A stretch of 64,000 nt of DNA from Candidatus Parcubacteria bacterium (lineage in GTDB: Bacteria > Patescibacteriota > Minisyncoccia > Phycocordibacterales > CAIZLB01): NCBI GenBank assembly GCA_039795775.1, contig JBDKLC010000005.1:312638-376637 (forward strand), read 5' to 3'. Positions 46,909-56,319 of this stretch are shown here, one piece after another. The notes beneath the pieces are model-generated. The model had not been told where the DNA came from and did not search any database. It saw only the letters and a list, made by a program, of their open reading frames with translations. A program made the translations under genes and the position numbers. How positions within the stretch are numbered: position 1 is the stretch's first letter; every line of letters begins with the position of its first letter.

Positions 46909-46955
46909 ATGCAAGCGAGGATGTACAACTGTATTCTATGCAGACGTCGCTTGCA
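46909..46955. repeat. 10-bp inverted repeat with 28-nt spacer
   Basis: ATGCAAGCGA ... TCGCTTGCAT. Confidence 0.55.
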
Positions 46956-46957
46956 TA

Positions 46958-46988
46958 TAAAAAGGCGACCATTTGAGCGGTCGCCTTT
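46958..46988. terminator. Bidirectional intrinsic terminator (AAGGCGACC/GGTCGCCTT)
   Basis: 9-bp stem with an 8-nt loop, flanked by AAAAA and TTTT. Confidence 0.65.
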
Positions 46989-47176
46989 TCCTCACTAGCT
47001 AGAAACCTTGCGATCGCTCCCGAAAGAGGGGGACGATGTAAAGGTGCTTCAGTAGTAGTATAACGTCTTATAGGGGTTTTGCAAGCCGAATTTAGCCAAT
47101 TATATAGAGGGTTAAATTGATATATTGTGGCATGGGAGAATTGATATATAGGATATATGTATAGTTTGTAACCATA

Positions 47177-47205
47177 GTAAAAGTAGGAATGTTTCTTACT
47201 TTTAC
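47177..47205. terminator. Palindromic terminator family, degenerate copy 4 of 5
   Basis: GTAAAAGTAGGAATGTTTCTTACTTTTAC, with one mismatch in the arm. Confidence 0.5.
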
Positions 47206-47345
47206 AAACAGTGAGTTGTATATGTTTGTTGGGAAAAGCCATCGAATTCCCTATTTTTAAAATTTAAAAACAAAAGACCCACCCGAAAGTGAGAATTTTG
47301 TGAAATTCCCAATCGGGTGGGTCGCGTGGATATTCGAAACGAATC

Positions 47346-47744
47346 TTATAGTTTGTTCCAAACAGCTCTTGGGAGCCTCCTGCGATCCAGCAAGTGGTCC
47401 GCCATCAAGAAACTGGCAGTGAACTGGCCCTCATCGCTTTCAATGGAGCCCTCAAAGACCACACCGGCAACGCCACCAAGTCGTGCGCGTTGCCCTTCTG
47501 TGGTGACAAGGCCCTCCATGGTTTCTGAACCGATATTTTGCGATGTTTTACGCTTTCGGAACATTTCATGGGCAGTTTGCACAAGCAGCGTGCGATCTGC
47601 ATCGCTAAGTGGCCTTCCAGACGTTGTGAAGCAGTAGAATGACTGTGACATAAGTGTATAATCTCGACGTATTTGGTTGTAGGTTGACGTACCCGGGTTT
47701 GGGTACGGAACGTGTTCTAGTAGTTCAGCAATATTAAAGCACAA
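47346..47744 (-). CDS. Hypothetical protein, GC-rich
   Basis: A 132-aa ORF with elevated GC. No motif. Confidence 0.45.
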   Translation of the reverse strand: MCFNIAELLEHVPYPNPGTSTYNQIRRDYTLMSQSFYCFTTSGRPLSDADRTLLVQTAHEMFRKRKTSQNIGSETMEGLVTTEGQRARLGGVAGVVFEGSIESDEGQFTASFLMADHLLDRRRLPRAVWNKL

Positions 47745-47772
47745 ATATAGAAAAAGTAAACCACTCTGCAGA

Positions 47773-49035
47773 TTACTGAGGATTTGAATCGAGAGCGTTC
47801 ACGTCGATAGTCTCTGTCACTTCTGGGCTGTAGTAGCCATTCTTTTTGAGGAAGGTGATGATCTTCTGGGCATCTGATGTTCTGTCTTCACTCTTCAAAA
47901 TAACAATCATGATAGGTCGTGTTCCCCCTTTTGCCAAAGGAATGTTGAAAATAGAAACAGTAGTCTGTTTTGCTTCATCGATAAATCCGTTCTTGCCACC
48001 AATAAATGTTTTTTCGAGAAGGAGTCTATTTTTGTTTACCCATGTGTGTCCGAGAATTGCGAACTGCTTCACTCGTGTCATGTCATAGAGCACTGGAGCT
48101 TTTTTATAAATATATCGTCCAAGCGTAAAGAGATCGCCGATACTTGAAACGTTCTGAGGTGAGAGCCCGCTTGGGTCTTCATAATATGTGTCTGTCATTC
48201 CAAGAGCTGCTGCTTTCTTGTTCATTTCTTCAAGAAATTTCACATGACCTTCAGGATACGCATCAGCAATCACTTCGGCGCCGTCGTTGCTTGATTCGAT
48301 GAGAAGTGGGTACATCAAATCTACAAGCTTAATCTTTTCTCCAAGAAGTAGTCCTCCTTCACTTCCATATGCATTGTATGAATCTCGAGATACGATAGCC
48401 ACTGTCTTTGAATCCATTTTTTCGTGAGCAATAAGAGCTGTCATCAGCTTTGAGACAGAAGCCATTGGAGAAATATATCCTGGGTTTTGTTCATAAATAA
48501 TTTCACCTGTCTCTGCATCCCCTACCAAAAACGCTCGTGCAAGAAGTTTTGGAAACTTGTCTTGATTAGCAAGTTTATATTGATTCATTGAAGTAGATGT
48601 TGAAAAAGCGTCATCAGAACCTCGAGGCTCAGCCGGTGTAGTAGTTTGTGTAGACTGCTGAGTATTTTGAACTTTGTTCTGTGATGGTTGAGACGTAGTT
48701 GTTCCTGCTACTTTTCCCTTTTGATTCAAACCATTAATTGAGATAGTCGGACCGTTTGCATCTGTGATGTAGTCCCGTACCACAAGCACTGCCTGTGTAA
48801 TAAATGAAGCAATAGCCATTCCAATGAAGAGCGCAAGAACACCCCAACCTACATATTCTGTCGTTGTATGATCACGTGTATACCATTCTTTGATGAGACG
48901 GAAATGAATTTTTGGCTTCACAACTGGCTTTTCAGGATGTACGTCGCCATTTGAATGACGTTTGCCACCAAAGTCACCAAACTTCACATCTTCGAGTTCA
49001 TCTAAATAATTTTGCTGTGCTTCTTTTGGATCCAT
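47773..49035 (-). CDS. D-alanyl-D-alanine carboxypeptidase (S11, PBP5/DacA-like), membrane-anchored
   Basis: SxxK (ASVSKLMT), SxN (SSNDG) and a KTG-like (GKNGF) motif. N-terminal TM helix. Confidence 0.8.
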   Translation of the reverse strand: MDPKEAQQNYLDELEDVKFGDFGGKRHSNGDVHPEKPVVKPKIHFRLIKEWYTRDHTTTEYVGWGVLALFIGMAIASFITQAVLVVRDYITDANGPTISINGLNQKGKVAGTTTSQPSQNKVQNTQQSTQTTTPAEPRGSDDAFSTSTSMNQYKLANQDKFPKLLARAFLVGDAETGEIIYEQNPGYISPMASVSKLMTALIAHEKMDSKTVAIVSRDSYNAYGSEGGLLLGEKIKLVDLMYPLLIESSNDGAEVIADAYPEGHVKFLEEMNKKAAALGMTDTYYEDPSGLSPQNVSSIGDLFTLGRYIYKKAPVLYDMTRVKQFAILGHTWVNKNRLLLEKTFIGGKNGFIDEAKQTTVSIFNIPLAKGGTRPIMIVILKSEDRTSDAQKIITFLKKNGYYSPEVTETIDVNALDSNPQ

Positions 49036-49091
49036 ATTTGCACTTAGTATACTACAATTGTATGAAATTTCTCTAACTTTTTCCTCAAGAT

Positions 49092-50081
49092 TTATTGAAG
49101 AGTAGTTGTAGCAGGCGTTGTTGTAGAGGCTTGTCCTTTGAGCTTGAAAAACACTTTATTTCCAAAACGCATATCAATATAAACAAACTGCGCCAATGAT
49201 CGTGGCTGTGTTGATGATCCAACGCTCGCCTTACCCTGCTTTCCTACAAAAACTTCACTACCGAGAGCTGCAATCAAATTGTTGAGCGAGTCTTCGAGCG
49301 ACTTTTGATCTGAAAAATATATCTCGCCATTTCCAAGGAGTTTTATATTAAATGTATGCGCGTCTTTTACTGTAATGTATGAAATTTTTAATCCTTGTGC
49401 ATCCAATGCATCTGCGAGATTTATAATCTGAGCGTATGTTGTTGAACTCATAAGCGCCTGGCCGATAGGTTGAGGCCCGATAGATCCACCAAAAAACTTT
49501 GTATATGCATTTCCTTGGAAGTTTGGAGCTAAAGAAAAGATAAAACCTTGTGAGTCAATAAAGTAACATTGTTGACCAGTCTCTATTGTCTCTGGTGCAT
49601 ATGGTGATGTAGCTGTAGCAGCATTTACTTCTGACTGATCCATAGAGATAGTTGCTGCAATATCACTCGGACTTGTGGCCTTACACCAAAGTGATTTTGG
49701 TTTTCGTTCAGAAATAAGAACTTCAATTTTTGTTGGAGTAACGGCATGCACTACGACAGTCGCAAACCGAGGATATGCCTCCATTAAATTTCTCTCAATT
49801 TTTCCTGAAGGATAAAATAGAATATTTTTACGTGAAAAAATAACACCTTTAGAAGCACCAAGCATGTCTTGTACTTTTGCGGTGATTTGAGCTGTAGGTA
49901 CTACTTGGTTGCCTTGAACTTCAACAGTTTGAATTGTTACCGCATCGAGATGAGACGCTCCAGCGAGTGCAGCAAACAAGAGAATAATAAGAAAACCATA
50001 CACTGCTGTACGTCGTACGGTTTGCTTTCGTCTCCTTCGAACTACTTTTTGAGAACGGAGGTAATCTCTCGAGTTCTTCAT
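49092..50081 (-). CDS. ftsQ: Cell division protein FtsQ/DivIB-like (POTRA domain)
   Basis: N-terminal TM helix, then a POTRA-like segment (IQTVEVQGNQVVPTAQI). Thr-rich C-terminus. Confidence 0.65.
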   Translation of the reverse strand: MKNSRDYLRSQKVVRRRRKQTVRRTAVYGFLIILLFAALAGASHLDAVTIQTVEVQGNQVVPTAQITAKVQDMLGASKGVIFSRKNILFYPSGKIERNLMEAYPRFATVVVHAVTPTKIEVLISERKPKSLWCKATSPSDIAATISMDQSEVNAATATSPYAPETIETGQQCYFIDSQGFIFSLAPNFQGNAYTKFFGGSIGPQPIGQALMSSTTYAQIINLADALDAQGLKISYITVKDAHTFNIKLLGNGEIYFSDQKSLEDSLNNLIAALGSEVFVGKQGKASVGSSTQPRSLAQFVYIDMRFGNKVFFKLKGQASTTTPATTTLQ

Positions 50082-50086
50082 AGGAA

Positions 50087-51361
50087 CTAAGACTGCTTCT
50101 TAATAATGTCTCGTCCGCCCATGTAAGGTCTGAGTACTTCTGGAATGATGATAGAGCCGTCAGCTTGCTGATAATTTTCAATAATTGAAATAAGAAGTCG
50201 TGGAGTTGCCGCAGCTGTGTTGTTCAATGAGTGAACGAATCGGAGTTTGCCTTCTTCGTCTCTGTATCGAATGTTGAGTCGTCGTGTCTGGAAATCGTGG
50301 AAGTAAGAAGCAGAATGTGTTTCACCGTATTTACCTTCACCTGGTCTCCATGCTTCGATGTCGTATTTTTTTACTTGTCCAAGACCAAGGTCGGCGCCAC
50401 AGTTTACTACGACATGATATGGCACTTTGAGCGCCTGGAGGAGTCTTTCTGCGTTAGCTGTAATCTGTTCGTGAAGTTCTACTGATGTCTGGTGATTTGC
50501 TTCACAAAGTACAACTTGTTCAAATTTATAAAATTCGTGAACTCGGTACAACCCTTTTACATCTTTACCATGACTACCTGCTTCTCGTCGGAAACATGGA
50601 GAAAACGCGAGCATTTTTATTGGAAGCTGTGATTTGTCGATTACTTCGTCTGAATAGTATGCCATTGTTGCTACTTCACCTGTTCCTGCGAGGTAGTCGT
50701 TGTCCTGAGTTTTATAGAGGTCATCTTCTCCTTGTGGAAGATATCCAGATCCGAGAAGAGTTTCTCGTCGTACAAGAGAAGGCACCATCATAGGTGTGAA
50801 TCCTTCTTTTACCATCATATCGAGCACAAACTGCCATACGGCAAAGTGAAGAAGTGCTCCGTCATTTTTGAGGAAGTATCCTCGGAAGCCAGCAACTTTT
50901 GCACCTCGTTCAAAATCCACCATATCGAGTGCTTCCATGAGTTCGTGATGTTTTTTTGGTTCAAAAGAGAACTGTGGAATATCTCCCCACTGTCGTACTT
51001 CTTGGTTGTCTGCATCTGATTCACCTTCTGGTACAGAAATATCTGGAATGTTTGGTACTGCGACCATGAGCATCTGCCATTCTTTCATCACTTCAGCGAG
51101 TTGGTCTTCTTCGATCTTTGATGCTTCTTTTACGACTCGCATCTGGTCGATGAGTGTCTGTCGCTCTGCCTGATCTTGTGTAGATGTGATTTGCTGACTT
51201 ACTTTGTTTTGTTCAGTCTTCTTTGCTTCAACAGAAGCGATGAGTTCTCGTCGCTTTGTATCTACTTCTATGAGTTTTTCTACGTCGAAATCAAGTCGCT
51301 TTTTCTGGGCGCCGGCTTTGATGAGGTCTTTGTTTTCTCGGATAAATTTGATGTCGAGCAT
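50087..51361 (-). CDS. serS: Seryl-tRNA synthetase
   Basis: N-terminal coiled-coil arm and a class II core. Motif 2 and 3 context (FRRE, GSGYLP...), SerS length. Confidence 0.9.
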   Translation of the reverse strand: MLDIKFIRENKDLIKAGAQKKRLDFDVEKLIEVDTKRRELIASVEAKKTEQNKVSQQITSTQDQAERQTLIDQMRVVKEASKIEEDQLAEVMKEWQMLMVAVPNIPDISVPEGESDADNQEVRQWGDIPQFSFEPKKHHELMEALDMVDFERGAKVAGFRGYFLKNDGALLHFAVWQFVLDMMVKEGFTPMMVPSLVRRETLLGSGYLPQGEDDLYKTQDNDYLAGTGEVATMAYYSDEVIDKSQLPIKMLAFSPCFRREAGSHGKDVKGLYRVHEFYKFEQVVLCEANHQTSVELHEQITANAERLLQALKVPYHVVVNCGADLGLGQVKKYDIEAWRPGEGKYGETHSASYFHDFQTRRLNIRYRDEEGKLRFVHSLNNTAAATPRLLISIIENYQQADGSIIIPEVLRPYMGGRDIIKKQS

Positions 51362-51425
51362 ATGTTCAGCTTATTTTTAGCTATTTTTTATGAATTCATC
51401 ATACCAAATGGCTTAGATTGAGACA

Positions 51426-52424
51426 ATGAAGACAAAAAACGACCCTCATGGGACAAATGACCGCACCAGTTCCGGTAGCGGAACTCTCGTACAACCACAT
51501 ACTATATATATGAGGGAATACGGTCCTCTCCTCAGCCAGATTTCTGACCCTCCCAAGCAGCTCTTTACCGCTGGAGACCACACACTCATATCATCGGCGT
51601 TGCTTGATCAGACGTTTGATGTACCAGGCTACGAGCCAGCTAATATCAAGTTTCTTTGTGTAATTGGTTCACGTAAATTTACAGACTACGGCAAAACAAT
51701 TTGTGAGTCGCTGATCAAGAGTCTCGAAGGCTTGCCAGTCATTATTGTTTCGGGTCTGGCACTTGGTATAGATAGCATTGCCCACCGCTCGGCAATCCTC
51801 CATGGACTTAAAACCATTGCGGTACCAGGATCCGGACTTCATCCCTCTGTCCTCTACCCCCGTTCCCATTTCAATTTAGCAAATGAAATCATCGAAAAAG
51901 GCGGACTCATTCTTTCCGAATATGCACCGAATACACCAGCCAGTCCGTGGAGCTTTCCTATTCGAAACAGAATTATGGCAGGTTTATCACATTCAATACT
52001 TATTATTGAAGCTGAAGAAGATTCAGGTACCCTCATAACTGCTCGTCTTGCTCTTGAATACAACAGAGATGTGGGCGTTATACCGGGCTCAGTTTTTTCC
52101 TCTACTTCAAAAGGTCCTCATGGTCTTCTGACGAAAGGAGCTGCACCTATTACATCTGGAGATGATCTCATCAAACACCTTGGATTCAAAAAGCTAGAAA
52201 ATGCTTCCTCCTATCAACCGTCACTCTTTTCACAGTGCTCTTCTGACGAAAAAAGAATCCTCGCATTGCTCACCGAACCGCGTACTCGTGATGAACTCGT
52301 AAAGCAATCAAACATGTCAGTGAGCCATGTACAAATACTTCTCTCAATGCTTGAAATCCGCAAACTTATAAAAGAAGAATATGGAAATATTTATCTCATT
52401 CATCCGTTTATACAAGAGAAGTAA
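51426..52424 (+). CDS. dprA: DNA processing protein DprA (Smf)
   Basis: Rossmann-like DprA core (IVSGLALGIDSIAHRSAIL..GLKTIAVPGSGL). Conserved synteny with topA. Confidence 0.85.
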   Translation: MKTKNDPHGTNDRTSSGSGTLVQPHTIYMREYGPLLSQISDPPKQLFTAGDHTLISSALLDQTFDVPGYEPANIKFLCVIGSRKFTDYGKTICESLIKSLEGLPVIIVSGLALGIDSIAHRSAILHGLKTIAVPGSGLHPSVLYPRSHFNLANEIIEKGGLILSEYAPNTPASPWSFPIRNRIMAGLSHSILIIEAEEDSGTLITARLALEYNRDVGVIPGSVFSSTSKGPHGLLTKGAAPITSGDDLIKHLGFKKLENASSYQPSLFSQCSSDEKRILALLTEPRTRDELVKQSNMSVSHVQILLSMLEIRKLIKEEYGNIYLIHPFIQEK

Positions 52425-52449
52425 TTGTGACGGGTAAAACACCACATAT

Positions 52450-54786
52450 TTGTCAAAATTAGAAAACCTGTGCAATACTACGCTTATGGCAACAGCCTCA
52501 CATTCAAATTCATCAGCAAAAAAACTCGTCATTGTAGAGTCACCTGCAAAAGCAAAAACAGTTGCTAAGTATCTTGGAAGTGATTACAAAGTGGTAGCTT
52601 CTGTAGGTCACGTACGAGATCTCCCTAAGAGTAATAAAAAAGCTATTGATATTGCAAAAGGGTTTGTTCCTCACTATGAAGTTTCTCCAGGAAAAGAAAA
52701 AGTTATTGCTGAAATCAAAGCAATGGCGAAAGATGCAAAAGAAGTACTCATCGCTACCGACCCCGACCGAGAAGGAGAAGCTATTGCATGGCACATCAAA
52801 GAAGTACTTGGCCTCAAACATCCAAAGCGAGTTGTGTTCCGAGAAATTACAGAAAATGTGGTGCGTGAAGCGGTTCTTAATCCTCGAGAAATTGACGACA
52901 ACCTCAAACAGGCACAAGAAGCCCGACGAGTGCTCGACCGACTTGTAGGATACGACCTCTCTGGTCTCATTTGGAAAAAAGTTCGATACGGTCTTTCTGC
53001 TGGCCGAGTACAATCTCCGGCTCTCCGAATAATTATGGAACGAGAACGAGAAATTCGCGCGTTCATTCCTGAAAAATTCTATGTGATCAAAGCTGATACA
53101 AAGACAAAAGGCAGCGAGGCACTTTCTCTCTACTGTACAGACGAACCTCGAGACAAAAAGATTGCTGATCATATTATCGAACAAGGTAAGTCTCACGACT
53201 GGAATGTCATCGATGTACAAGAATCAGAAGTAAAACGATCTCCAAAGGCACCATTTATCACGTCTACTCTTCAGCAAGCAGCAAGTACACGTCTTGGGTT
53301 CGCGCCATCACGAACAATGGGTCTCGCACAAAAGCTGTACGAAGCTGGCCATATTTCATACATGCGAACTGACAGTACCAACTTGAGTAAAGTAGCTGTA
53401 GAGCAAGCAGTAAAAGTGATCGAATCAGAATTCGGGAAAGATTATGTTATGACTCGAGTATATGCTTCAAAGAGTAAGAATGCTCAAGAAGCGCACGAAG
53501 CTATTCGACCTACACACCTTGGTGTAGTAGATGCTGGTGCAAACGATGACGAAAAGAAACTCTACCGACTCATCCGTGCTCGAACTCTCGCCTCTCAAAT
53601 GGCTGACGCACGAACAGCACGAACAAAAATTATCGCAAACATTGTTGGTGTATCATCAAATAGCAAAGATGCTATTCCTGATTTCTCAGCAACTGGCTCA
53701 CGTGTTATCTACGATGGTTGGCTCAAGGCTGATCCTGCAGCACGTGGCGAAGATGTAGAACTTCCTAAAGTAGCACCTGGTGAACCACTCAAGCTTCTTG
53801 ATATTGCAGCCGAAGAAAAAACAACAGAACCTCCATCTCGATATACAGAAGCGGGTCTCATCAAAGAACTCGAAAAACGAGGTATTGGCCGACCGTCTAC
53901 ATTCGCAAGTATTATTCGAACACTCGAAGAACGAGCATATGTAGAAAAAGTAAACAAAGCGCTTGTGCCAACTGACACCGGTGATGTAGTAAGTTCATTC
54001 CTCGAACAAAACTTCGAATCATATATCAGTGACAACTTCACTGCTGAAATGGAAGACAAACTCGACGATATTGCTATCGGCAAAGGAAAATATCTTCAAA
54101 CTCTCAAAGATTTCTATGGTCCATTTACAAAAGAAGTAAAAGCAAAAGAAAGTATCGACAAACTCACAACACTCGGTGATGCTGATGCAAAATTCGTTTG
54201 TCCAAAGTGCGCCAGCTCAATGGTTGTGAAGCTTTCACGAGCCGGCAAGTTTTTGAGTTGTTCTCGATATCCAGATTGCGACGGCGCGCTCACCATAGAC
54301 GGAAAAGAAATTCAGAAGGATGCACCTCTCGGTGTTGATCCTGAGACTTCCCTTCCTATCTTCGTAAAAGTTGGACGATATGGTCCGTATGTACAGCTCG
54401 GTGAAAAGACAAAAGAAAACAAAAAGCCACGTATGGCGAGTATTCCAAAAACATTTGATCCTGAGAATATTACTGTAGAAAATGCTTTGAAGTTCTTGTC
54501 GCTTCCTCGAAAGTTAGGACCTCACCCAGAGACTGGCGATACTATTTCTGCCAATGTTGGAATGTTTGGGCCGTATGTAGTACACCAAAAAGATTTCAGA
54601 TCACTCAAAACTGACGATGTATACACCATCACCCTCGACCGAGCTATCGAAATCTTCAAGGAACCAAAGAAAATCGGCCGTCGTGGTGGCTTCAAGAAAA
54701 AGACTGATGCAGAAAAAACGACTGACACCGCAACAACTACCGCTCCCGACGAAAAACTAGCACCAAAGAAGAAGTCTAAAAAATAG
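52450..54786 (+). CDS. topA: DNA topoisomerase I
   Basis: TOPRIM N-terminus (LVIVESPAKAKTV), active-site Tyr region and C-terminal Zn-ribbon Cys (CPKC ... CSRYPDC). Confidence 0.95.
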   Translation: MSKLENLCNTTLMATASHSNSSAKKLVIVESPAKAKTVAKYLGSDYKVVASVGHVRDLPKSNKKAIDIAKGFVPHYEVSPGKEKVIAEIKAMAKDAKEVLIATDPDREGEAIAWHIKEVLGLKHPKRVVFREITENVVREAVLNPREIDDNLKQAQEARRVLDRLVGYDLSGLIWKKVRYGLSAGRVQSPALRIIMEREREIRAFIPEKFYVIKADTKTKGSEALSLYCTDEPRDKKIADHIIEQGKSHDWNVIDVQESEVKRSPKAPFITSTLQQAASTRLGFAPSRTMGLAQKLYEAGHISYMRTDSTNLSKVAVEQAVKVIESEFGKDYVMTRVYASKSKNAQEAHEAIRPTHLGVVDAGANDDEKKLYRLIRARTLASQMADARTARTKIIANIVGVSSNSKDAIPDFSATGSRVIYDGWLKADPAARGEDVELPKVAPGEPLKLLDIAAEEKTTEPPSRYTEAGLIKELEKRGIGRPSTFASIIRTLEERAYVEKVNKALVPTDTGDVVSSFLEQNFESYISDNFTAEMEDKLDDIAIGKGKYLQTLKDFYGPFTKEVKAKESIDKLTTLGDADAKFVCPKCASSMVVKLSRAGKFLSCSRYPDCDGALTIDGKEIQKDAPLGVDPETSLPIFVKVGRYGPYVQLGEKTKENKKPRMASIPKTFDPENITVENALKFLSLPRKLGPHPETGDTISANVGMFGPYVVHQKDFRSLKTDDVYTITLDRAIEIFKEPKKIGRRGGFKKKTDAEKTTDTATTTAPDEKLAPKKKSKK

Positions 54787-54853
54787 TTTTTGCTTTTGCT
54801 ATTGCTGTTGCTATAGTGCGATGTAACAATACTATAAGCTAGTGCGTATATAG

Positions 54854-54880
54854 AAAAAGTAGGAATAATTCCTACTTTTT
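54854..54880. terminator. Palindromic bidirectional terminator, copy 5 of 5 (between convergent topA and parB)
   Basis: AAAAAGTAGGAATAATTCCTACTTTTT. Confidence 0.75.
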
Positions 54881-54955
54881 CTATATATACCCGAAGATAT
54901 ATATTTGACCTATTTGATCTATAGATAGACCAGCTCCTGATATTTACTCTGATAC

Positions 54956-56053
54956 TTACAAAGAAAAATTCTTGATTGAATAGATATCTTCGTCTGATTC
55001 TGGCACTGCTGGAGTTTCAAATTCAAGTCCGTCTACAGGCACATTTTCTACTGGGATACCGTCTACGGTGATAACACCAGCGTCGTTTGTTTCAACAACT
55101 TCAAGTGGCGTTGCAGCTGAGATTGCAGCGAGTGTTTCTGCGTCTGCCATTGCATCAGCAGCCATAGCTCCAGCACCTACCTGTGCAGCTATATGTCGGT
55201 TGAGCATTGAGTTTGAACCCTTGATCTGGTTTGTCTCAAGAAGAGTCAAAATCTGTCGCAAGTCATCGTGCGTAAAGAAATCAATCATGATTTTGCCACC
55301 GTTTTCTCGTCGTTCGATCTGCACTCGAGTACCGAGCGCCTCGTTGAGTTTTGATTCGAGCTCGATGAGTTCTGGATCTGGTCGGAAGTCCTTCTTTCGA
55401 ACTCGATCAACAGCAACTTTTCGCGCAAGGGCTTCAGCTTCTCGCACTGTAATCTTTTTGAAAACAATTTCTTTGAAAAGAGTGTCTTGTTCTTCTGGCT
55501 TATCTACCAACATAAGGAGCGGTCGTGTGTGACCTTCACTGATCCGCTTTTCTGAAAGGGCCGTGAGCATGTGTTCTGGGAGCGACAACAAACGAATACT
55601 GTTTGTTACGTATTCTCGACTCTTTCCCATCTTTTCAGCAATCTGAACATGCTTGAAATTGAATTCGTTTGCTAGTTTGTCGAAAGCTCGTGCTCGGTCT
55701 ACAGGGTTGAGATCTTCTCGCTGGAGGTTTTCAATAATAGCGAGTTCGAGTTTTACTCGAGCATCTTCTTCACCGGCTCGAATAATTGCTGGAATAGCCT
55801 GAAGACCTGCGAGCTTTGATGCTCGAAGTCGTCGTTCACCGGCAATGAGTTCGTATTCTACTGCGATGCCACCGTCTTCTTTGATCACTTCTTTTCGAGT
55901 CACAGTAAGTGGCTGGAGAAGTCCGTACATTCGAATAGACTCAGATAAATCTTTGAGCGCATTCTGGTCGAAGTCTCTTCGTGGCTGATATGGGTTTGGT
56001 TTGATTTTTTCTGTTTCTATCCAGAAGATCGAGTTGTTGAAATATTGTGACAT
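54956..56053 (-). CDS. parB: ParB/Spo0J-family partition protein with long Ala-rich C-terminal extension
   Basis: ParB box (KIKPNPYQPRRDF), GERRLRASKLAG and an HTH. No parA adjacent. Confidence 0.8.
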   Translation of the reverse strand: MSQYFNNSIFWIETEKIKPNPYQPRRDFDQNALKDLSESIRMYGLLQPLTVTRKEVIKEDGGIAVEYELIAGERRLRASKLAGLQAIPAIIRAGEEDARVKLELAIIENLQREDLNPVDRARAFDKLANEFNFKHVQIAEKMGKSREYVTNSIRLLSLPEHMLTALSEKRISEGHTRPLLMLVDKPEEQDTLFKEIVFKKITVREAEALARKVAVDRVRKKDFRPDPELIELESKLNEALGTRVQIERRENGGKIMIDFFTHDDLRQILTLLETNQIKGSNSMLNRHIAAQVGAGAMAADAMADAETLAAISAATPLEVVETNDAGVITVDGIPVENVPVDGLEFETPAVPESDEDIYSIKNFSL

Positions 56054-56127
56054 AACGTGTGCTTAATGAGTGCATTCTATCATTCAACGAAGGAGTTACG
56101 CAAAGTTTATATATTATTCATATTTCT

Positions 56128-56155
56128 TTGATTTTTTATTAATTTTTAGTACACT
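56128..56155 (+). promoter_or_regulatory. Sigma-70-type promoter for tRNA-Leu (TTGATT-16-TACACT)
   Basis: The -35 TTGATT and -10 TACACT are separated by a 16-nt AT-rich spacer. The tRNA 5' end lies 9 nt downstream. Confidence 0.55.
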
Positions 56156-56164
56156 GTCTGACAT

Positions 56165-56247
56165 GCCGTGGTGGCGGAATGGTAGACGCAATCGACTCAA
56201 AATCGATCGGGGGCAACCCCGTGAGAGTTCAACTCTCTCCCGCGGCA
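56165..56247 (+). tRNA. tRNA-Leu (anticodon CAA), long variable arm
   Basis: Manual fold: acceptor GCCGTGG/CCGCGGC, anticodon stem ATCGA/TCGAT with loop CTCAAAA, variable arm CGGGGGCAACCCCGTG, T-loop TTCAACT. Confidence 0.85.
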
Positions 56248-56319
56248 CACATACAAAAGATCTATATAGACTTGCGAAACTTGCCCTTTGGGGCTTTTTT
56301 CGTATAGTAAAAGCACAAC

